Source: Eledone cirrhosa
Lineage: Eukaryota
Length of the DNA stretch: 64,000 nt
NCBI GenBank assembly: GCA_964016885.1
Contig: OZ024741.1
Location: 247,504,001-247,568,000 of the forward strand
Direction: 5' to 3'
In this document: positions 55,401-64,000 of the stretch, in pieces
How the letters are laid out: every line of letters begins with the position of its first letter
Position numbering within the stretch: position 1 is the stretch's first letter
Translations under genes and position numbers: made by a program
Notes under the pieces: model-generated
Seen by the model: the letters and a program-made list of their open reading frames with translations, nothing else
Database searches by the model: none
Told to the model about the DNA's origin: nothing

Positions 55401-58400
55401 ATTTTTTTTACAATCTCCGCCTGATTTTTTTAAATATTATCTCTCCTTGGCTGGCGGGAAATTATCTCCCCTTGGACGGCTGGAAATTATCTCCCCTTGG
55501 AAGGATGGAAATTATCTCCCCTTGGACGGCTGGAAATTATCTCCCTTTGATTTTTTTTACAAATTATCTCCCTCTGATTTTTTTTACAAATCTCCCCCTG
55601 ATTTTTTTAAAAAAATTATCTCCCCTTCGCTGGCTGGAAATTATCTCCCCTTGGACACTGGAAATTATAGCCCCTTGGAGGGCTGGAAATTATCTTCTCT
55701 TGGACGGCTGGAAATTATCTCCCCTTGATTTTTTTTACAAATTATCTCCGTCTGATTTTTTTTTTAAATTATCTCTCCTTGGACGGCTGGAAATTATCTC
55801 CCCTTGATTTTTTAAAAAATTATCTCCCCTTGGAAGGCTGGAAATTATCTCCCCTTGGCTGGAAATTATCTCCCCTTGGACGGCTAGAAATTATCTCTCT
55901 TTGGACGGCTGGAAATTATCACCCCTTGAGTTTTTTTACAAATTATCTCCCCCTGATTTTTTTTACAAATCTCCCAGTGATTTTTTAAAAAAAATTATCT
56001 CCCCTTCGCTGGCTGGAAATTATCTCCCCTTGGACGCTGGAAATTATAGCCCCTTGGAGGGCTGGAAATTATCTTCCCTTGGACGGCTGGAAATTATCTC
56101 CCCTTGATTTTTTTTACAAATTATCTCCCCCTGATTTTTTTTACAAATTATCTCCCCCTGATTTTTTTTTACAACTTATCTGCGCCTGATTTTTTTTAAA
56201 AAATTATCTCCCCTTGGACGGCTGGAAATTATCTCCCCTTGGACGGCTGGAAATTATCTCTCCTTGGACGGCTAGAATTTACCTCTCCTTGGACGGCTGA
56301 AAATTATCTCCCCTTGGACGGCTGGAAATTACCTCCCCTTGATTTTTTTTACAAATTATCTCCCCCTGATTTTTTTTTACAAATTATCTCCCCCTGATTT
56401 TTTTTTACAAATTATCTCCCCCTGATTTTTTTTTACAAATTATCTCCCCCTGATTTTTTTTACAAATTATCTCCCCTTGGCTGGCTGGAAATTATCTCCC
56501 CTTGGAGGCTGGAACTTATCTCCCCTTGGACGGCTGGAACTTATCTCCCCTTGGACGGCTAGAAATTACCTCTCCTTGGACGGCTGGAAAATATGTCTCC
56601 TTGGACGGCTGGAAATTATCTCCCCTTGGACGGCTGGAAATTATCTCCCTTGGACGGCTGGAAATTATCTCCCCTTGGATGGCTAGATATTACCTCCCCT
56701 TGGACGGCTGGAAATTATCTCCCCTTGATTTTTTTTAGAAATTATCTCCCCCTGATTTTTTTTTACAAATTATCTCCCCCTGATTTTTTATTACAAATTA
56801 TCTCCCCCTGATTTTTGTTTACAAATTATCTCCGCCTGATTTTTTTTTAAAAATTATCTCCCCTTGGACGGCTGGAAATTATCTCCCCTTGGACGGCTAG
56901 AAATTACCTCTCCTTGGACGGCTGAAAATTATCTCCACTTGGACGGCTGGAAATTATCTCCCCTTGATTTTTTTACAAATTATCTCCCCCTGATTTTTTT
57001 TTACAAATTATCTACCCCTGATTTTTTTTTACAAATTATCTACCCCTGATTTTTTTTTACAAATTATCTCCCTCTGATTTTTTTTACAAATTATCTCCCT
57101 CTGATTTTTTTTTTACAAATTATCTCCCCCTGATTTTTTTACAAATTATCTCCCCCTGATTTTTTTTACAAATTATCTCCGCCTGATTTTTTTAAATATT
57201 ATCTCTCCTTGGCTGGCGGGAAATTATCTCCCCTTGGACGGCTGGAAATTATCTCCCCTTGGAAGGATGGAAATTATCTCCCCTTGGACGGCTGGAAATT
57301 ATCTACCCCTGATTTTTTTTACAAATTATCTCCCCCTGATTTTTTTTACAAATTATCTCCCCCTGATTTTTTTTTACAAATTATCTACCCCTGATTTTTT
57401 TTACAAATTATCTCCCCCTGATTTTTTTTACAAATTATCTCCCCCTGATTTTTTTTTTACAAATTATCTCCCCCTGATTTTTTTACAAATTATCTCCCCC
57501 TGATTTTTTTTACAAATTATCTCCCCTTGGAGGCTGGAATTTATCTCCCCTTGGACGGCTAGAAATTACCTCTCCTTGGACGGCTGGAAAATATGTCTCC
57601 TTGGACGGCTGGATATTATCTCCCCTTGGACGGCTGGAAATTATCTCGCCTTGGACAGCTAGAATTTACCTCTCCTTGGACGGCTGAAAATTATCTCCCC
57701 TTGGGCGGCTGGAAATTATCTCCCCTTGATTGTTTTTACAAATTATCTCCCCCTGATTTTTTTTACAAATTATCTCCCCCTGATTTTTTTTTACAAATTA
57801 TCTGCCGCTGATTTTTTTTACAAATTATCTCCCCTTGGAGGCTGGAATTTATCTCCCCTTGGACGGCTAGAAATTACCTCTCCTTGGACGGCTGAAAATT
57901 ATCTCCCCTTGGACGGCTGCAAATTATCTCCCCTTGATTTTTTTTATAAATTATCTTCCCCTGATTTTTTTTACAAATTATCTCCCCCTGATTTTTTTTA
58001 CAAATTATCTACCCCTGATTTTTTTTACAAATTATCTCCCCCTGATTTTTTTTTACAAATTATCTACCTCTGATTTTTTTTTACAAATTATCTCCCCCTG
58101 ATTTTTTTTTTACAAATTATCTTCCCCTGATTTTTTTACAAATTATCTCCCCCTGATTTTTTTTACAATCTCCGCCTGATTTTTTTAAAAATTATCTTCC
58201 CTTGGCTGGCGGGAAATTATCTCCCCTTGGACGGCTGGAAATTATCTCCCCTTGGAAGGATGGAAATTATCTCCCCTTGGACGGCTGGAAATTATCTCCC
58301 CTTGCACGGCTGGAAATTATCTCCCCTTGGCTGGAAATTATCTCCCCTTGGACGGCTAGAAATTATCTCTCTTTGGACGGCTGGAAATTATCACCCCTTG

Positions 58401-61400
58401 AGTTTTTTACAATTTATCTCCCCCTGATTTTTTTTACAAATCTCCCAGTGATTTTTTAAAAAAATTATCTCCCCTTGGACGGCTGGAAATTATCTCCCCT
58501 TGGACGGCTGGAAATTATCTCGCCTTGGACGGCTAGAATTTACCTCTCCTTGGACGGCTGAAAATTATCTCCCCTTGGACGGCTGGAAATTATCTCCCTC
58601 TGATTTTTTTTACAAATCTCCCCCTGATTTTTTTAAAAAAATTATCTCCCCTTCGCTGGCTGGAAATTATCTCCCCTTGGACACTGGAAATTATAGCCCC
58701 TTGGAGGGCTGGAAATTATCTTCTCTTGGACGGCTGGAAATTATCTCCCCTTGATTTTTTTTACAAATTATCTCCGCCTGATTTTTTTTTTAAATTATCT
58801 CTCCTTGGACGGCTGGAAATTATCTCCCCTTGATTTTTTAAAAAATTATCTCCCCTTGGAAGGCTGGAAATTATCTCCCCTTGGCTGGAAATTATCTCCC
58901 CTTGGACGGCTAGAAATTATCTCTCTTTGGACGGCTGGAAATTATCACCCCTTGAGTTTTTTTACAAATTATCTCCCCCTGATTTTTTTTACAAATCTCC
59001 CAGTGATTTTTTAAAAAAAATTATCTCCCCTTCGCTGGCTGGAAATTATCTCCCCTTGGACGCTGGAAATTATAGCCCCTTGGAGGGCTGGAAATTATCT
59101 TCCCTTGGACGGCTGGAAATTATCTCCCCTTGATTTTTTTTACAAATTATCTCCCCCTGATTTTTTTTACAAATTATCTCCCCCTGATTTTTTTTACAAC
59201 TTATCTGCGCCTGATTTTTTTTAAAAAATTATCTCCCCTTGGACGGCTGGAAATTATCTCCCCTTGGACGGCTGGAAATTATCTCTCCTTGGACGGCTAG
59301 AATTTACCTCTCCTTGGACGGCTGAAAATTATCTCCCCTTGGACGGCTGGAAATTACCTCCCCTTGATTTTTTTTACAAATTATCTCCCCCTGATTTTTT
59401 TTTACAAATTATCTCCCCCTGATTTTTTTTTACAAATTATCTCCCCCTGATTTTTTTTTACAAATTATCTCCCCCTGATTTTTTTTACAAATTATCTCCC
59501 CTTGGCTGGCTGGAAATTATCTCCCCTTGGAGGCTGGAACTTATCTCCCCTTGGACGGCTGGAACTTATCTCCCCTTGGACGGCTAGAAATTACCTCTCC
59601 TTGGACGGCTGGAAAATATGTCTCCTTGGACGGCTGGAAATTATCTCCCCTTGGACGGCTGGAAATTATCTCCCTTGGACGGCTGGAAATTATCTCCCCT
59701 TGGATGGCTAGATATTACCTCCCCTTGGACGGCTGGAAATTATCTCCCCTTGATTTTTTTTAGAAATTATCTCCCCCTGATTTTTTTTTACAAATTATCT
59801 CCCCCTGATTTTTTATTACAAATTATCTCCCCCTGATTTTTGTTTACAAATTATCTCCGCCTGATTTTTTTTTAAAAATTATCTCCCCTTGGACGGCTGG
59901 AAATTATCTCCCCTTGGACGGTTAGAAATTACCTCTCCTTGGACGGCTGAAAATTATCTCCACTTGGACGGCTGGAAATTATCTCCCCTTGATTTTTTTA
60001 CAAATTATCTCCCCCTGATTTTTTTTTACAAATTATCTACCCCTGATTTTTTTTACAAATTATCTCCCCCTGATTTTTTTTTTACAAATTATCTCCCCCT
60101 GATTTTTTTACAAATTATCTCCCCCTGATTTTTTTTACAAATTATCTCCCCTTGGAGGCTGGAATTTATCTCCCCTTGGACGGCTAGAAATTACCTCTCC
60201 TTGGACGGCTGGAAAATATGTCTCCTTGGACGGCTGGATATTATCTCCCCTTGGACGGCTGGAAATTATCTCGCCTTGGACAGCTAGAATTTACCTCTCC
60301 TTGGACGGCTGAAAATTATCTCCCCTTGGGCGGCTGGAAATTATCTCCCCTTGATTGTTTTTACAAATTATCTCCCCCTGATTTTTTTTACAAATTATCT
60401 CCCCCTGATTTTTTTTTACAAATTATCTGCCGCTGATTTTTTTTACAAATTATCTCCCCTTGGAGGCTGGAATTTATCTCCCCTTGGACGGCTAGAAATT
60501 ACCTCTCCTTGGACGGCTGAAAATTATCTCCCCTTGGACGGCTGCAAATTATCTCCCCTTGATTTTTTTTATAAATTATCTTCCCCTGATTTTTTTTACA
60601 AATTATCTCCCCCTGATTTTTTTTACAAATTATCTACCCCTGATTTTTTTTACAAATTATCTCCCCCTGATTTTTTTTTACAAATTATCTACCTCTGATT
60701 TTTTTTTACAAATTATCTCCCCCTGATTTTTTTTTACAAATTATCTTCCCCTGATTTTTTTACAAATTATCTCCCCCTGATTTTTTTTACAATCTCCGCC
60801 TGATTTTTTTAAAAATTATCTTCCCTTGGCTGGCGGGAAATTATCTCCCCTTGGACGGCTGGAAATTATCTCCCCTTGGAAGGATGGAAATTATCTCCCC
60901 TTGGACGGCTGGAAATTATCTCCCCTTGCACGGCTGGAAATTATCTCCCCTTGGCTGGAAATTATCTCCCCTTGGACGGCTAGAAATTATCTCTCTTTGG
61001 ACGGCTGGAAATTATCACCCCTTGAGTTTTTTACAATTTATCTCCCCCTGATTTTTTTTACAAATCTCCCAGTGATTTTTTAAAAAAATTATCTCCCCTT
61101 GGACGGCTGGAAATTATCTCCCCTTGGACGGCTGGAAATTATCTCGCCTTGGACGGCTAGAATTTACCTCTCCTTGGACGGCTGAAAATTATCTCCCCTT
61201 GGACGGCTGGAAATTATCTCCCTCTGATTTTTTTTACAAATCTCCCCCTGATTTTTTTAAAAAAATTATCTCCCCTTCGCTGGCTGGAAATTATCTCCCC
61301 TTGGACACTGGAAATTATAGCCCCTTGGAGGGCTGGAAATTATCTTCTCTTGGACGGCTGGAAATTATCTCCCCTTGATTTTTTTTACAAATTATCTCCG

Positions 61401-64000
61401 CCTGATTTTTTTTTTTAATTATCTCTCCTTGGACGGCTGGAAATTATCTCCCCTTGATTTTTTAAAAAATTATCTCCCCTTGGAAGGCTGGAAATTATCT
61501 CCCCTTGGCTGGAAATTATCTCCCCTTGGACGGCTAGAAATTATCTCTCTTTGGACGGCTGGAAATTATCACCCCTTGAGTTTTTTTACAAATTATCTCC
61601 CCCTGATTTTTTTTACAAATCTCCCAGTGATTTTTTAAAAAAAATTATCTCCCCTTCGCTGGCTGGAAATTATCTCCCCTTGGACGCTGGAAATTATAGC
61701 CCCTTGGAGGGCTGGAAATTATCTTCCCTTGGACGGCTGGAAATTATCTCCCCTTGATTTTTTTTACAAATTATCTCCCCCTGATTTTTTTTACAAATTA
61801 TCTCCCCCTGATTTTTTTTACAACTTATCTGCGCCTGATTTTTTTTAAAAAATTATCTCCCCTTGGACGGCTGGAAATTATCTCCCCTTGGACGGCTGGA
61901 AATTATCTCTCCTTGGACGGCTAGAATTTACCTCTCCTTGGACGGCTGAAAATTATCTCCCCTTGGACGGCTGGAAATTACCTCCCCTTGATTTTTTTTA
62001 CAAATTATCTCCCCCTGATTTTTTTTTACAAATTATCTCCCCCTGATTTTTTTTTACAAATTATCTCCCCCTGATTTTTTTTTACAAATTATCTCCCCCT
62101 GATTTTTTTTACAAATTATCTCCCCTTGGCTGGCTGGAAATTATCTCCCCTTGGAGGCTGGAACTTATCTCCCCTTGGACGGCTGGAACTTATCTCCCCT
62201 TGGACGGCTAGAAATTACCTCTCCTTGGACGGCTGGAAAATATGTCTCCTTGGACGGCTGGAAATTATCTCCCCTTGGACGGCTGGAAATTATCTCCCTT
62301 GGACGGCTGGAAATTATCTCCCCTTGGATGGCTAGATATTACCTCCCCTTGGACGGCTGGAAATTATCTCCCCTTGATTTTTTTTAGAAATTATCTCCCC
62401 CTGATTTTTTTTTACAAATTATCTCCCCCTGATTTTTTATTACAAATTATCTCCCCCTGATTTTTGTTTACAAATTATCTCCGCCTGATTTTTTTTTAAA
62501 AATTATCTCCCCTTGGACGGCTGGAAATTATCTCCCCTTGGACGGTTAGAAATTACCTCTCCTTGGACGGCTGAAAATTATCTCCACTTGGACGGCTGGA
62601 AATTATCTCCCCTTGATTTTTTTACAAATTATCTCCCCCTGATTTTTTTTTACAAATTATCTACCCCTGATTTTTTTTTACAAATTATCTACCCCTGATT
62701 TTTTTTTACAAATTATCTCCCCCTGATTTTTTTTACAAATTATCTCCCTCTGATTTTTTTTTTACAAATTATCTCCCCCTGATTTTTTTACAATTTATCT
62801 CCCCCTGATTTTTTTTACAAATTATCTCCGCCTGATTTTTTTAAATATTATCTCTCCTTGGCTGGCGGGAAATTATCTCCCCTTGGACGGCTGGAAATTA
62901 TCTCCCCTTGGAAGGATGGAAATTATCTCCCCTTGGACGGCTGGAAATTATCTCCACTTGGACGGCTGGAAATTACCTCCCCTTGATTTTTTTACAAATT
63001 ATCTCCCCCTGATTTTTTTTTACAAATTATCTCCCCCTGATTTTTGTTTACAAATTATCTCCCCTTGGACGGCTGGAAATTATCTCCCCTTGGACGGCTA
63101 GAAATTACCTCTCCTTGGACGGCTGAAAATTATCTCCCCTTGGACGGCTGGAAATTATCTCCCCTTGATTTTTTTACAAATTATCTCCCCCTGATTTTTT
63201 TTTTACAAATTATCTCACCCTGATTTTTTTTATAAATTATCTACCCCTGATTTTTTTTTACAAATTATCTCCCCCTGATTTTTTTTACAAATTATCTCCC
63301 CCTGATTTTTTTTTTACAAATTATCTCCCCCTGATTTTTTTACAAATTATCTCCCCCTGATTTTTTTTACAAATTATCTCCGCCTGATTTTTTTAAATAT
63401 TATCTCTCCTTGGCTGGCGGGAAATTATCTCCCCTTGGACGGCTGGAAATTATCTCCCCTTGGAAGGATGGAAATTATCTCCCCTTGGACGGCTGGAAAT
63501 TATCTACCCCTGATTTTTTTTACAAATTATCTCCCCCTGATTTATTTTACAAATTATCTCCCCCTGATTTTTTTTTTTAAAATTATCTCCCCCTGATTTT
63601 TTTACAAATTATCTCCCCCTGATTTTTTTTACAAATTATCTCCGCCTGATTTTTTTAAATATTATCTTACCTTGGCTGGCGGGAAATTATCTCCCCTTGG
63701 ACGGCTGAAAATTATCTCCCCTTGGACGGCTGGAAATTATCTCCCCTTGGACGGCTGGAAATTATCTCCCCTTGGACGGCTAGAAATTATCTCTCCTTGG
63801 ACGGCTGAAAATTATCTCCCCTTGGACGGCTGCAAATTATCTCCCCTTGATTTTTTTTACAAATTATCTCCCCCTGATTTTTTTTACAAATTATCTCCCC
63901 CTGATTTTTTTTACAAATTATCTACCCCTGATTTTTTTTACAAATTATCTCCCCCTGATTTTTTTTTACAAATTATCTCCCTCTGATTTTTTTTTACAAA
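38555..64000 (+). repeat. Large segmental copy of ~1-23,000 (super-repeat, ~38 kb offset)
   Basis: Offsets: 11265/49331=38066, 14046/52113=38067, 14787/52825=38038, 16650/54687=38037, 18439/56477=38038, 20462/58500=38038. The 874, 404 and 759-bp nested duplications appear in the same order in both copies. Confidence 0.92.
57400..62650 (+). repeat. Tandem duplication with ~2,624 bp period, specific to the right-hand super-repeat copy
   Basis: Offsets: 57593/60218=2625, 58202/60826=2624, 58500/61124=2624, 59502/62126=2624. Confidence 0.88.

Larger units (their letters stand above)
1..64000. repeat. Composite two-monomer tandem satellite array (25-bp type A and ~27-bp type B), roughly 2,400 monomers, all head-to-tail; probably extends beyond both window ends
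   Basis: The core AAATTATCTCCCC or a close variant recurs every ~21-29 bp from the first to the last line. I saw no unique sequence and no inverted copy. Monomer count is estimated as 64000/~26. Confidence 0.99.

Noticed and set aside
630-63986. Numerous short plus-strand ORFs (DGWKLSPLGRLEIISPWTAGNYLPL / DFFYKLSPP repeats, up to 165 aa)
   Set aside because: They are translations of the 25-bp monomer cycling through three frames and of the 27-bp monomer. Most begin at TTG, they overlap in several frames, and they are broken by T-run length changes. No recognisable domain.
1-64000. CRISPR-like repeat/spacer appearance (constant core plus variable tail)
   Set aside because: The tails are only ~9-13 bp and of two recurring types rather than unique spacers. 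The core is too short, and there is no leader or cas gene.
1-64000. G-quadruplex or i-motif array from the G4-5 runs on the minus strand
   Set aside because: The G-runs are ~21-23 nt apart, far longer than canonical loops, so stable intramolecular G4 is not supported by sequence alone.
1-64000. Absence of minus-strand ORFs as a sign of coding-strand selection
   Set aside because: Explained trivially by TAA in AGATAA (and GTAAAA) in every monomer on the minus strand.
1-64000. Pure sequencing or assembly artefact (low-complexity concatemer)
   Set aside because: Hierarchically shared point variants and conserved homopolymer lengths across distant copies indicate real evolutionary structure. 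Individual large duplications still need read validation.

Overview
The whole 64 kb window is one uninterrupted, single-orientation tandem satellite array. I found no credible protein-coding gene, RNA gene, transposon ORF or CRISPR array. It is built from two related monomers sharing the core AAATTATCTCCCC: type A, 25 bp, AAATTATCTCCCCTTGGACGGCTGG (about 52% GC, e.g. 8-32), and type B, about 26-29 bp, AAATTATCTCCCCCTGA(T7-10)AC (about 30% GC, e.g. 142-168). Runs of A alternate with runs of B, and the run junctions carry recurrent variant monomers. Point variants show nested higher-order repetition at about 0.19/0.38/0.76, 0.40, 0.87, 1.4, 2.6, 5.2-5.4, 14.2, 19 and 38 kb. A variant-distinct sub-array lies at about 26-36 kb. 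All listed ORFs are translations of the repeat. The picture fits a eukaryotic heterochromatic (centromeric, pericentromeric or subtelomeric) satellite, but organism and function cannot be fixed from this sequence. Offsets were taken from matching entries in the ORF track and from marker variants read by eye, so block boundaries are approximate.
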